A stretch of DNA of 64,000 bases from Pecten maximus (GCF_902652985.1 NC_047024.1:42842001-42906000), one strand, 5' to 3'; counted from the stretch's first letter, positions 38,830-52,979 are shown. Notes: a model not told the origin generated them from the letters alone. Numbers and translations: made by a program.

Positions 38830-39200
38830 TAATTGCAACCGGTGTTCCTCAAGGCTCAATTCTTGGGCCAATTTGTTTTTTTTAATTTATATCAATGATA
38901 TTGGTGACGTCTTAGAATCTGCTTCTCTTGTCAGAATTCAAGAAACTTTGAATAGTGATCTGGAGAAGTTTAATACATGGGCTAAAACATGGTTTGTTAG
39001 CTAAATACTTATAAGACATATGTATCATTTATCAGTCATTCTGTGAACAATTAATATTGATGGGTAATCCCTAAATTTTACTGATCGTCATGAACATTTA
39101 GATGTAGCTTTTGATTCTGATGCGAAATGAGAAGAGTCGCGATGCTCTCTTGAGATAATATAAAACATTTTTGCCAGTCCTGAGATATGCCTGTGAATGC
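38830..39200 (+). mobile_element. CR1-group LINE RT fragment (right part)
   Basis: GVPQGSILG, LIYINDI, LNSDLEKFNTWAKTWFVS. Confidence 0.8.
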
Positions 39201-39339
39201 TGACTTTATAGAACACGTTCTACTTCAGATGGAAAAGCAGACGTAACTGACCAATCAGAAGAAAGGTCATAGGTTAATCTCAGCAGCAGAAACATTCCAA
39301 CATGTGTATATTTGTGTCCTGCTTTACTTGTATAACTGG

Positions 39340-39742
39340 CAGTCAAGAAGACACCTTGTGAAGCAGCTCTTTAATTGTTTTGCTGTTCATTCAAAAGATT
39401 TCTGTAACTTTCATTATCCTCATGTGCTAATTCCCTTATCAAAATATGATGTACACTGTGTTGTTCTCTCCGCTGGATTCCCAAAACTGTCGTCTCTTCC
39501 TTTTGTTACGTAAAATTTGTCTATATGCAGCAGCAATTATAATAACAAGGAGCGGTACTATTTCCTTGTCATCCATTTTGTTAATATTTTATCTCTATGG
39601 CGGGAATAGCTGTCAGAGGTGAAGGTGAAGATATATTAGAATGCACATATGGGTTTGCAAACCATGTAAACAGGATTACCGCATGTGGTCATTGCATATC
39701 TGATCTGACCACATGTAGAAAAACACGCAGTGTAAACGGGCC
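39340..39742 (-). mobile_element. 5' fragment of a PIF/Harbinger transposon (TIR plus transposase N-terminus)
   Basis: TAA|GGCCCGTTTACACT terminus at 39742. ATG at 39576 gives MDDKEIV..RNKRKRRQFW..IQRREQH..ILIRELAHEDNESYRN..KELLHKV, a Harbinger nuclease N-terminal pattern. Confidence 0.7.
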
Positions 39743-42484
39743 TTAACAGACTTGATTATATAGATAGTTATCAAATAAGAATTTGCTGTGGGCCGGTCGC
39801 CTTGCCTCGCGTTGACGTAAATATATGATTCCAATATTTCTGGTTTGGCCCCAAGTTTATATTGACAATCAAAAACAGTGTGAAAGTTTCCGTATGAAGA
39901 TCTCTTATGGTGTATCCAGTATACATCGTCCCAGGGGAGCTGACTTATTATAACTACTACTCATACACATATCTTGTGTCCAGAATAATTTCATTCTCAA
40001 AACAAATGAATTAAAGATTACAATATCCGTTATATACCCAGGGGGATTTTGCTGTGACGTCACCTCTGAGTAGCTCTACGTTCGCCAATATCATATATAA
40101 ACGACTTAATAAACAATTGGCAGGTTACAAGAGGAGTTGTGTACAAACAAAGACAAAAAATTGCTATACGAACAGTTGTCCTGAAAGAAGTCAAGAATGC
40201 GTTGTAGGAAATGTATATAACGATTAAACTTTCCCGCTAAATCATTCCCCTTCCTCGAAATTATTGCATCTGTGTTTGATGGTATTTGCAATTAAAGAGA
40301 AGGCATTGTTTGCGGTGATAGGAAATACTATCTAGAAATATAAGTACAGCCTCTTCCAAACTACCCGTCCGTTATCCCGGGTTTAATTATACCTGATTTC
40401 CCCTGGGGTCGGGGATTAAGTTACATGTTACCGTGCTAGATATGTCGTATACATAACTATCGACCCGAATAAAAAAAACTTGCTCTGTGAGAAGGCTTTG
40501 TACTTAAACTGCCGTAAATCATGTGACAATTTCATATCAATGGCTCCCCTGACGAGAAGCCAATGGCGTTTCTACTTGCCATATATAACATATGATCAAG
40601 TGAAATAGCTCTTATTAATATACTCATCTGACGCAAACGTTAATGGGCCGTCGGGGAAGAGATCCCGTCCCCCGGGATCCGTAGGGCTCGGCCTTGTCTA
40701 TTATAGGAAGAGCAATGTATTGCCATTAACTAGGCAATTAAAAACATCCCGCTATAGAAAATCATAGGGCGTAAATAACAACAAAGAACGCGCGTACTGA
40801 CGTTATACGGGCTAAAACTATCTCCATGGCAAGAGAGTTCCGAGATCAAAGCAATGCATATATTGTATGGTTTGTAAACATCGTATACTGAACGCTGATG
40901 AAAAAAAACTTCAAAGAAATTGAATCGTTTTACATTAAATCTCTTGTGGCCTTTTAATGGCATCTATTCGCAGACAGGTAACCAAGCTAGCTAAAAAAAT
41001 AGCATCTCTTAACACCTACCGCACATCAGATGACAAAGATTTCTCAAACAATTGTTATTATCGCTGGTATCTGAGCAGTCCCGGGTATCATTGTGTTGTG
41101 TTATAATTAATCAGAAGAAATATTCTTTAGTTCTTATAATAACTATATACAGCAAGGTAAAATTAGAAAAATCTGAAACCAGATATATGATACGTAATTA
41201 CAGACCCTTGAAAGAATATTGTTCATCTGCATTCACCGCCGATATATATATATTTATCCTACAACTGCCATCACATTGTCGGAATACACCCACCATATAT
41301 ATTTTTTGCTGTATACTGGCAGTGACGGAAAACAGCTGTATTTTGGAATCTTAGCACGTGCGTCAATTCGACTGATCTACTTCCAAGCGAAACAACGTTT
41401 AAAAGGCGAACATATTTGGATCATTGTTGATACCGTTTCACTTCAAATAAAAATGATTATTTTTGATGACTGTTGCAGGATAAATAGAATACATGGTCAG
41501 TGTCTTAAAACATAAGCTGTATTTGGCTCGGGACAGAAAGACAAAAGTGGCCCGCCACGGAGGTCTTTGGTGTAGGTGTGTATTTCGTCGAACCCTGCCC
41601 CCTGTTATATAAATATATACATGTATAAATATTATTCCGGAAGCGATAGTTTGTCATATCAAGAAAACAATAATGTGATTGTACGAGGATGACAAATAAT
41701 ATAGTTCATACTTTGCACAATATAATGTGTATCCCCAGGCTGAATACACTCGGCTTCGTTGACGCTGATCTAATACGCTGGATATTTGATATGTTTAAAC
41801 GAATAAATCGGACACCTTAAATAAAAGAAATTCGTTCTCAATATTAATCCATAACGTACGACATATTAGTTTAGTTTGTCTACGTGTATTTAAGTTGATA
41901 TGATGACAATCTATTTCCAGAGACAATTTTCTTATATTTTTACACAAATGGTTTTTAAGTGAAATTGCAAACCTTTAGTTTATACTAGATTTAGATGTAA
42001 AGACTTTTGGGGGAGTTTCGGATATTGGACTCCATTCCCTCAGCATGGATATCATGGGTTTTATTCTCTCTGGTGTAATAAGTCATTCTTGAATACTCCT
42101 CCATACATATCCTACATCAATTGAATCTCATTCTAACTTAATAGTTTCACTTCTTACAATCAATTTGCCATCTTATGACGGTATCTATTCATCAGAAATG
42201 ATTTAAGCATTTTTACATAACCTTGGGTGTATCGGTTTCACATCTAAGTTCAATTAAAGCTTCAGGCTTCATTCCCTTATTGTTACTGACATATAAAAAA
42301 AACTTTCAATAACAAAGTTGTTTTATCGAACGCTTGGTTATATTGAATTTACCATTAAAATTTACAACTTCAATATCAAAATTATCATACAAACATGGAG
42401 AAATAAAAAAAAACTTCCTTTCTAACTGCACGCGTTTTGTTTTTGTTTTTTTGTTTGTTTTGTTTTTGTTTTTATCCATTTGAT

Positions 42485-43030
42485 ACCAATCAATCGGGGA
42501 TTATGCCACGTCAGTCTACATTACACCAGCTAATTGAGTTCATCATTTATGTTTGACTGTGGAAAAAAACAGATATGTACTGTCTTTTGTGACATATGAA
42601 AGGCCTTTGACAGATTCTGGCAGATGAGTCTACTAACAAATCTAAAAGCACATTTTATTTCTGGCAATATTTAAGAATGGTTTGAGAGTTATATTAAGGA
42701 CAGGAAGGAAAAACGTTTTTTATCCCCGTATCCTACTCTGATAATCAGGTTTTGGAGTAAGATGTTCCTCAAGGTTCCGTACTAGGACCCCTGTTGTTTT
42801 TAATCTTTATTAATAAATGTTATTTTCGGGGGTGGGGCGGCACAAGTGTTCCTCAAGGTTCGCTGCTACGACCCTTGCTGTTTTTTTAGTCTTTATAAAT
42901 TTATGTTATTGCTTGACTTTTTGCAGACGACACATCTATGATGTATGTCATTTCTTCATATCAGAACCTGAAATTCATAGACAATTAGTCAAACCAATGG
43001 CCAGTTGCATTTAATCATAACAAAACCAAA
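42485..43030 (+). mobile_element. Degraded CR1-group LINE RT fragment
   Basis: QSGIMPRQSTLHQLIE, FCDI-KAFDR, VPQGSVLGPLLFLIFIN, FADDTS. Confidence 0.8.
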
Positions 43031-43429
43031 CTATTATATGTCTCCAATATAACACATGATGGCATTTTTAATGCATTTCACCGAGAACATTCTGTAATCC
43101 TCAGAAATCCATAAATGTTCACGCTATTAGAGGTTTGAGTCACATCCGAACATATAAAAAACTTATATCCGTCAACATTGAAAAAAGTAAATGTTTTGAG
43201 TTAAAATATTTAGTAATCAGAAAAGTACGTAGTAGACATTGTTTTTATTCTATTCTTGAGATAGGAAAAGCTTAACTTATTTTACAAACTGTACAACACA
43301 TTGACCCATTATACCTTTATATATCATTACCTGGTTTTGTCGGTAAAATAATCCCTACTCATTTAGAAATAATAATAAAAAAAGAAAAAAAATCAGGAAC
43401 AGTTACATTTATGACAAAGCGAGCAAAAT

Positions 43430-44840
43430 GTTTCAGACTAGTATTGCAGAGATTGAGTGCATGAACTTGAAAAATAAAAATAAGATATTGTGGATTTATA
43501 TCTGTAATGATTGACGAAACTACCGATTCAAGAATTCAGGAACAAGAGATAATTTATGCGAGATATACATTGAACTCTTCTATGAATACAAGAATACCAT
43601 CTAAAAATGACCATCCCCATATCATCTCAATACCCTACATGGCGACATATTAGAGCTTGACGTCAAAGATGTTATTTCCAAGCAAAAGTGGTTTCAGAAA
43701 GTGAATTCTCTATTGTTCGGATTTTATATGCTTTATCACTACTCGGATCTCGACAGAAGCAATTTTTGGAACTCATGCATAGCTGCAAATGTTAAATTAC
43801 ATGTTCCCCTCCGAGTTATAAGAACCAGTTGGAGAACCCACATTCCCCATGCTGTAACAAACATTTAGACCCCACATTTTGGGATTGTCATGCACTTGGA
43901 ACATGGTATGTTAGATAGTAGTATATATATATATTCATGAATGTCTTGTAAAGGGCGTGGCAGCATTATGATGTTTTGTAACATATTATTAAACAAGACA
44001 GCATTTAGCCAAACGTTTTGTGTAAAATTTGTTGTTGAATGCATCTTTTAATGATTTTCATGTTTTATTCACAGATGGATTTCACTTTGAAATCTGACCA
44101 GGCTGCTCGTGCAAAAGGTTACCACAAACACTTGTTGATGGAGCTTGCATCCCGCATCTTCACCTCTTGGCTGACATCACGACGATTTTTTCTCGCATCA
44201 GTTTGGTGTGCCAAAGCAACGAGAGTAACATAGGAAATGATTCTGTAGTCTTTACGTCAACTCAGTAGGTTAAAATCGAAGTATGTCATTATGAATAAGA
44301 CACATTGGCGTAGTTGTCTCGGGCAAATTCTTTGAACAATTAGATGAGGAATGTTTTTGAGTCGTCAGATGTTGGACATTTTGACCCCAAACTAGCTGTC
44401 CTTCATTTCCACAGGTCGCCCAGACGGAGGAGGAGGCCAGCATTTCAGCAACATGGGACAAGGGAAAAAAAGAAAGTGCAGCTTGACTTCAAAACAGAGA
44501 GCAAAGAGGATGACAATGTTTTGGTTTCTGATGATGGTGATATTCTGTGTCAGGAGGGAAGTGATGAGGATCTATGTGTCGATTTTGTGAGAGATGTGTG
44601 AAAGTTTGTTTATTTCAGAGCTTACTCATATTTAACTGATTATGAATATCCAACATGTTTTTTTTTTTTATTGTAACTCAATAAAATAGAAAACAATGCA
44701 TGCAAACCTGTTTATTGTTTTGAATCGGCAGAAATCAAGTGCTGGTCAATGAACAGACACGGGATACCAGATTTTCAGATGGGATACCAGTTCACTGTAT
44801 CGCCTGGAATACCATACTTTTAGGTTAATTTCTATCCCTG
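43430..44840 (+). mobile_element. Degraded hAT transposon (ZNF862-like transposase) with right TIR
   Basis: FISVMIDETTDSRIQEQEIIYARY, LELDVKD, LYHYS, PLRVIRTSW, AARAKGY. Ends ATTTCTATCCCTG at 44840 (CAGGGATAGAAAT reversed), with GGGATACCAG subterminal repeats. Confidence 0.75.
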
Positions 44841-44849
44841 CCTTATTCC

Positions 44850-45520
44850 TAATAATCCCCGCGAAAGGCGATATTAAATTGCGCCCTGTCCGTCCGTAAT
44901 TCACTCACATATACTTGTGGGGCGAATTAACGATTCATTCCGTGCAAATATCTTCGTCGCCTGTAAGATATGAAATTTAATGTAATTTAATGTTTTTCCC
45001 ATAATCCATCATTAAACCTCACTGCGCATGTGTTTTAGTGACGGAATAAACGGAAATTTAATGTGCTTAATAGCTTATTAAAACTTGTGCGTTTTACTCC
45101 ACAAGTTCACAGACAAAAGACTACACCCGATAAGTCAATCTTGTCTGTATGTCCACGCATTTCTTGTGGTGCATTTTGGTATGGAGGGCTTTGTATTTTT
45201 TTATGATTTACCCGTACCTATGGAAACAAATGCTTTAAACCCGAAATATTGCGCTTTCTGTAATGTAACTCCAAAACCGTTTATGATAACTTCACAAAAC
45301 CTGGCACACATGCATTGCTCGTATGGTTTAGTAGTACGTTTTTATATGGAATGGTTAGCATTTTTTTCATAATTTCCAAGTAACCATAGAAATAAATGGT
45401 TAAAAACCTTAATATCGCACTTCATGCAAACAACCAAATTCATACAGGTATGGGTAGTTTCCATTTCTGCGCGGGGCGCGGGGCGCAAGGCGCCGGGCGC
45501 AGGGGACAACTACGCCTTCT
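44850..45520 (+). mobile_element. Helentron-associated HINE/DINE-like non-autonomous element
   Basis: Starts TAATCCCCGCGAAAGGCGATAT..CTGTCCGTCCGT, has two ~165-bp internal repeats (45175, 45340) and a GC-rich terminal hairpin region. Confidence 0.5.
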
Positions 45521-46157
45521 TATCATACTCCTGCAATTACTAGATTGTCTGTTATACTTATATAATAACTACCAGACTCTAGTAGCATCAAGAAATTATC
45601 AGGAACCAGCCAAATCTGAAGGATTTTTAAAAAGCTATACATAAAAATATCAAAAAGCACTCCGCTCCAATTGAACCACGGACCTCGTCATATAAATATT
45701 CTTCTTACTATATTAAGATACAGTTTCATTGTGATGTAGATACTTATCTTTACCGTGTAAATTAAGTTAATTCCTTGCCGTGTGTTTGTAGTTATTCCTG
45801 TGAAAACCATTTTTGGGGTGATGTCCAATTTATATAAACTTAACTATTGATGTGCTGATTAAGTGTCGCCAGTGTTACAACTTCGTCTAAATTCCTACAA
45901 TAGATGAGAGACTATTTATGGATCTGTTCAGATTTTTATTCGTGCACGTGATAGATAAATATAATGTATACTTATAAATACTATCAATATAATCTTGAGG
46001 AACAGATTAACAGTGTTGTATAATTCTTGAGGAGCAGGATTTAATTGGTTGTCATAACTCGTTTCTAATCCTCTTGCTTAAATGGTGGAGAAGTGATGTT
46101 TAAACAGTGACAAATTTGATTTGCAAATAGTGAATATATTTTTATGGTTATTTCATT

Positions 46158-46515
46158 GTTACATAAGTGCGCCTAGTTCGGTGTTACATGAGTGCGCCTA
46201 GTTCAATGTTACATGAGTGCGCCTAGTTCAATGTTACATGAGTGCGCCTAGTTCAGTGCTACACAGGTGCGCCTAGTTCAGTGTTACATGAGTGCGCCTA
46301 GTTCGGTGTTACATGAGTGCGCCTAGTTCAGTGCTACACAGGTGCGCCTAGTTCAGTGTTACATGAGTGCGCCTAGTTCGGTGTTACATGAGTGCGCCTA
46401 GTTCAATGTTACATGAGTGCGCCTAGTTCAATGTTACATGAGTGCGCCTAGTTCGGTGTTACATGAGTGCGCCTAGTTTAATGTTACACGAGTGCACCAA
46501 GCTCAAAGTTACATG
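46158..46515. repeat. 25-bp minisatellite, about 14 copies
   Basis: Unit GTTACATGAGTGCGCCTAGTTCRRT. Confidence 0.96.
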
Positions 46516-47254
46516 GCTAATTCAAGGTCAAAAGAGTGCGCCTAATTAAGTGCCACATGGGTGTGTCTATTTCATTACTACATGTCCATTGGCGCTATAA
46601 ATAGAACTTATTAAGCATATATCACATCCATCTTTGTATCTTGATTTTTTACTGTTATTATCAACATATTTAATAGATAAGAAAAATGATGTACAGCAGG
46701 GTTTCCCTCCAAGGTTAATATCTTCTCAAGTAATTTTTCGAATCAACACCAAACAAGATCTGATCAGTTGCGAACCTAAAGTGATATTCTCACTTCCTTG
46801 TGACGGTCGTAAATCCAATCAATAACAATATTTTATAGCTCAAAGTTTTCTTTAAGTCACCATGATAACAGAACCAGAGTGGGCGCTTGAAGAGCACGAC
46901 TGACGCATTCAGATTATAATTATAGTCGTGGTACTTGTGAACGGAACATCCTTTGCTGATTGCGAATCGTCGAACGGTTACAATTGAAGTTGAACACGCT
47001 TTCGGACCAGAACCTTTTTCGGTATTTAATGCCTACAAGTTTACATTCAGGCTTTGTTTTCGTCACAATATTTTGCCGTCACGTTTATTTTAACTAGAGA
47101 TTTGAATCGGTATGTGGCCTTGGCAATGTCAGTAGAGTTTTATTGGTTTATTGGTAAAATGGAGGAAATAAAATCTAAAAACTGAAAGGGACGAGTAGTT
47201 AGGAGGGTTGACATTTAATGAGATAAGAATTTCATATGTAGAAGGAATAATTTC

Positions 47255-47660
47255 GTCTACACAAAGAGTGCCAAATGGTTTTATTTCATATATGCAGAAT
47301 TCGGCACCTGCATACACAAAAAGCGCCAAACTTTTTAAAACACATACACGCAGAATAATTCCATTGCCATATTTAGAGTTCGGCACTTGTATGCATAAAG
47401 GGCGCCAAACTGTTTCCGTAGCCATATTAAGAGTTCGGCACAGTTATACACAAAGAACACCAAACGGTTTTTTATGGTATACATGTTGGGACGTAAGGAT
47501 CATTTACGATGACACGTGCAGATACGCAAAGGGCGCCGAACGGTTTTATTTCAGTTGCACGTGAGATCATTCCATAGCCATGTTTTATTATATATGCGCG
47601 TTAGCGCGTGGGGATTATAACGTAGGCTCACGCAGAGTTCGGCACCTGTATACACATTTT
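47255..47660. repeat. Irregularly spaced ~40-bp hairpin repeats (about 6)
   Basis: Consensus AGAGTTCGGCACCTGTATACACAAAGGGCGCCRAACGGTTTT. Confidence 0.7.
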
Positions 47661-49221
47661 ATATTTCAAAATCAAATTGAAATTTTACAAGATATAGTGA
47701 TGTTAGTTTGAATTATGAAAGGAGTGGATTGATATGTTGGTAATATTTTCTGGATAGAGAACGTAAATGTGTCATTCCCTTACGGACATCCTATAATTGT
47801 GGTTTCCGCGTCGTGTTAGAAAATTGTAATACAGTTTGCCCCCTGAGATCTCTGTGTAACTTACATATGATTCCCGAAACAGAAAATAATTAAAGTGATA
47901 AACAATATTACATTCCATACACTTCATCGACAGACTTATCACCTTACATATCACTCCGCGCCGCAAAATTTTGTATCGATTTTAATTTGAAACTATAAAC
48001 AAACTTCTGCCAGTGTGATAAGAATGTTTACAGAGACAGCATAACAAAACTGCGTAATTTAACCGGCTTTAATGTATCTTATTTAAGATATCGTTTATCA
48101 GTTGTTATAGAATAACCACCCCTAGATGATGGTAATTAGCGTAGTTAACACGTTAAATTTCAGAAAATATCGTCATAGAGGCAAGCTTCCTGTCTGAACG
48201 CCTCTTCTTGTAGCCCCTGATTAGAATTAAGACGATGATAGAGATTCCTCGACCTGACTTATTTCTTTCCCATCATTGATGTTAAACTTTATCGCTCAGA
48301 AGACCGGATTTAATCGAAATATTTATATAGTCGTAACATCAAATAAGTCTACTGATGAAATATCTCCATTAAATACCAAGAAGATAAAATTACTCAAACA
48401 TAGAAATATATATAGATCATTCTCCTATCTTTAGTGAGAATTTTTTGCATTTTATTTGATGTTTTATTTTTGAGACTTGACAAACGGCTTGAGTGACATA
48501 TGTCTCTTTCTATCATACATAGTTTGAGTACACACAGTAGGAATTTGTCTATAAACACCGAATCACGCGCTGTCTTTGTCTCTCGCAAAAACCCTATGTG
48601 AGAGGGAGAGGAAGGCTGTCGGCTGTATGTGTATTAAGGTCTCACACAACTAATTCAGCCAATCAACTGGTGTTTCCGCTTGATCCAAGTCCACGGAGAA
48701 AATCTGCTTCTTAGGTTTGGCGCTATTTCCTGAGAAATGAAATGGGTACTTTCTATATACGAGGATAGTGAGTGTTGGGATTAAAATAAAAAATATACAC
48801 TCTTGGTGGAAATGGAAAGACGTAGGACTCCATGTGTAAAAAGGCGTGAATTCCCTAGATGGGGGTTCCCATTCCACTGTAAATATCAGGGTTACTGTCT
48901 TTCAAGTCAAACCTATCAAATAACATCATTTTTCTATTGGAAAAATCTTCAAACATTAATTAGATATAAATTTCACAACATCTGAACTTCAGATGAGCGA
49001 TAGAGGGGATGGAGTCATTCGTAATGACATATAGTGAAAATAATTAGTTGTGTGACACCTACTAAGGGTAGACATGTGGATGGCCATTCTAGAACCATGC
49101 TCTACTCCATCCCACTAATTTACAACATCAACCCCAATCCCCACCCCACGTTCTTGTCGTACATGTAGTACTGTAGGTCAGTGTAGCGTTAAACAAGAAT
49201 CCATTGGATGAGGAACAACAG

Positions 49222-49254
49222 CTGCAGCAGCAACAACAACAACAACAACAACTA

Positions 49255-49291
<37 letters not shown>
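49222..49291. repeat. (CAA)n microsatellite
   Basis: Visible directly in the sequence. Confidence 0.92.
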
Positions 49292-49292
<1 letters not shown>

Positions 49293-49685
49293 CTGTAATC
49301 GTCAGCGCTGACGACGTTTGTGAAAGTTTTAAGAAACAACTACAACAACAGGAAGATATTTCACAAAGTGCTGATCGATAAACAAACGTAAAATTTCTTT
49401 CATCTTGTCGAACGAGCGTTTGATTGTACTTAAGGAAGCTGATAAAGGTTGTTCCTTTTGTAATTATACGTATTGATTTTAAAACTCCAATCGATACGTC
49501 ATTACTGGAGAAAAATCTAAAACACTTCTATGATTAGTGATATTTTACAGTGCCTGTGCACGGAACAAATGGAAGACTTTGTGGTCTATCTAACTACGTC
49601 CGAGTGAACTTATTACTATGACGTAAGAGAGGTGAATGTTTAGATTTCAAAAACCGGTACCAGTCCCATTAGAAGCACACAGCAG

Positions 49686-49918
49686 CTTTTTCGGCATAGC
49701 CGTATAATATTCTTTTGGCCCCGGATATGACGCGACAGATGGCGTTACTGGTCAAGATGAAGTATGTGATTGGGCAATATAGCGGTAAATGCAAAATACA
49801 GATATGCAGTTAAAAACGAAACAAAGTTAAGATTGCATGCAAACTGAATAAGTGGATGTATTTTTCCAAATGACACATTAATAAAATTATATTTCTGATT
49901 CAAATGCAGTCTTATTAT
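49686..49918. mobile_element. Dispersed ~230-bp repeat, copy 2 (see 30462-30693)
   Basis: Same start and essentially the same end point (GCAGTCTTATTATC) as copy 1. Confidence 0.7.
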
Positions 49919-50959
49919 CACCAAAATGATTTGAGCAATGATTCAAACTGATATAATTTTGTTATCCGTGCTGAAACGTATTAGACTCATCCGACCAGTG
50001 CTCGAACACAAAACATAGTTTTTTGTTGTTTTATTTCCAATACCTATTTAAAAGTTAAAGTTTAATTGTGATTATACAGGACAGACTTACCGTTAGTAAT
50101 TTCAAGCCTATCACCGTGACTTTTGCACGTTGGTTTATTTTTGACAGCAGGTCACATGACACCTGTGCAATGGCGGGTATTTACGTAAGTACAGATCAGT
50201 GCTCGAACACCCCTATAAAACTTTTGTTTTCAGTTTTTTTGTGGTTAAGTCGGTTATATTGTAATATACATACATCCTTTCTTAAAAAAATATTGTTCAG
50301 ATTATCAAACATCCCGTGGGATAAAAATAGATCGGAACACAGCGGAAGCTGACATTTTGGACCAGTGCGCATATCTTCCGATTCAGATCATAGTAGCATT
50401 GACGAGTAAAGATGTCCCATACCTATTATATATTGCTAGAAATGTCAAAACTTATTCCTCTTGTCTACATCTGGTACACAACCATTGGTACTTGTCGACA
50501 ATCAAGCTAAGGTCAACCTTTGTTGGGACAAGTGACGGTGGTACCACCTGTCGCACCCAACTCAGAATCCGTCTTCGTCCGTCATTTTGATATTTTTTTC
50601 AAAACTGTGTCAGATCTACATTTGAATCATTACTTTTCTTTTAAATTATGTATTTTGCTATAATTCTTTCAAAATACAGATTTTTCCATGAATGCTAACC
50701 TTTCCGGAAACGATGTTTGTTTGATGATATTTGATTGTACACTATATGATTACCATTGTTGTCTGCTCAAATTTGGATTATCGTCCTTGATAGAGAGCTA
50801 TCGCTATCGGAGGTAAGAAAGTGCTGTTACACCCCATAATAAGAATTACAGAAATTCATAAAGTTTTGTCAAGTTAGTTCTACCAGAAATTATTATATCA
50901 GGATTTGAAAAATGTTGTTAAAATGTGATAAGCCTAATCACCTTTTGAACAACTGGGCC

Positions 50960-51400
50960 TAGGACGGATTTTCATGGGTCGCCTATTAGATCTAAAAAGC
51001 AGTGTTAATCGAAGCCACTACAAGGCATACACGCAGTAGACTTCGACAATGATTTTTTTACCAAGGTCGTTCCTCTCGGTGTGTAATGGTATATGTAGAA
51101 TACGAGGCTCGCGACCTATGACCTCTTATGCAGACTGCCCCACGTGACATGGTCTATGGTGGATACTTCATGGGTGGTTATTGCTACGTAAATTGTGGCA
51201 TGCCAGCATTGAGGTCTGAAAACATTAACATCAAAGAGCGTGAAGCTATTTCCATTGCTCTGTGTAATTGGAATGTTTCCACGTCTTATACAAACTCGTC
51301 ATTATTCACACAGATAATCATTATGTCACAGCATGGATAAATGTGGTCTCGTTCGCCGACTCTTGCTCTGGTTATTCCCGTACCATAAAGTATCTTTGCT
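50960..51400 (+). mobile_element. DIRS/Ngaro-type YR retrotransposon RT-RNase H remnant
   Basis: GRIFMGRLLDL, YGGYFMG, NINIKEREAISIAL..W, VIIHTDNH..AWIN, a DIRS-group RNase H pattern. Confidence 0.65.
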
Positions 51401-52119
51401 GCCTTTCTTCCTAGATCATGTAACTTTCTTGTGGATGCGTGAAGCAAACAAACTGAGTTTAACTTACATTGAAATGAAAAAGAAGCTCAATAAGAAATTG
51501 TCTGTTTTACTTCGCAGAAGTAATTATTTTGCAATTGAAAGATAGGAAGCCACCCTGCCGTCTGTGAAAACTCCATACAAGTACATTTAGTACCCTCGTC
51601 AAACTTCATGTTGATCCAACAGTATCTCGCTCAAAATTGATAACGTCAATAACTGTCAACACCCACCCCTGTGTAGTAAGTGGTGACTACCTCACTAAAC
51701 AACATACGAGAACCCCGTCCCATGCCACCTAAATTGTCCAGACACGACACCACAGGCCGGCACGTTTCTCAGCTTCCTGAATCACACCAACCGGCGCGGA
51801 CAATGTGCGCCTAATCACACATCTCGGACCTTCAACTAAGGTTACGTGGCGGTTTGATATACAGGTTTTGCTTCTCTCTTTCTTCACAGCGTTGCTGTGT
51901 TGTGTTCAGGCTCAATACTCGCTTGTATCTCCCTTTAGGCGAGTCTTGACCTATCCAGCAATTGCGTCCACTGGGCCGGACAGCTCCATGAGACGATATT
52001 GACACGGCATGAGGGGGGTCCTTTCTTGTGTCGAACTAGATAGTTCTATATGATATCATAGACATTTTGGACCAGGTGAGGATGATCTATTTGACCAACC
52101 ACAGTGTTACGCCGTATAG

Positions 52120-52158
<39 letters not shown>

Positions 52159-52979
52159 AGTCATGACTGGTTGGCCCTCAAATATGCGGCGTCGAGGGTA
52201 CATCAATGCCAGAAATTGTAACGTTTTGTATTGTTGCTTTGACGTCATCAAGATGTTCTTAACAGAGGACCCATCGTCTCCGATTTGGATGAGAAGGAAA
52301 TTTCACCTCGCTTACAGCGCGGACACATCCGTGCAGGATAAGAGAATATTAAATCGGCCACGTGTATTTTCAAGAGAGAGATCTTTGTCGACGACTGACA
52401 TTCTGCAGCAAAAATATCGTTCAAAGCAAGAAAAGCTGTCAGATGCCTTATATTTATCACCAGTGAAAAGTTAGCATTGAAAAGTATATTGAACGTTTCC
52501 TCAGCGGGCCGGGACTTCCTTTGTACGTGTAAAACACAAATTTACTTTACACCTGTGTAATTGATTACCATGTTGGTTTCCTATATCACTTCTGTTTTTC
52601 TTTAGTCTAAGATAACGCGACCGAAGACATCACGTGGTTTTATATATTTCTCCCACGAGATCTGCTGTGAAGGTATCAGTGTTAAGATGTCAAGGAAATG
52701 GAAGTTATGTGATTACAGACATGTCAGAGTTAGAGTTTATTGTTGACAATCTCCAACATTTTTTATACCCGATGTCATACATTTGTCAATTCCGTTTAGT
52801 TCGAGTTAAAGTTCGACTTAAAGAAAAACGTAAGGGTATACAAGGTGTTAACCTACAATCTGAACTCAAAGATGATGTACCAAATCTACTTTATTTATTC
52901 AGTCAGGTCGTGCCTTCCTTTATTGGGTCGTATCAATTGTACCGGTACGAATCTGCTGTATTCCAAATGGAATTCTGAT

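Noticed and set aside
49177-49311. Poly-Gln exon
   Set aside because: The frame closes soon after the (CAA)n run and no donor or homologous context is visible, so it is treated as a microsatellite.
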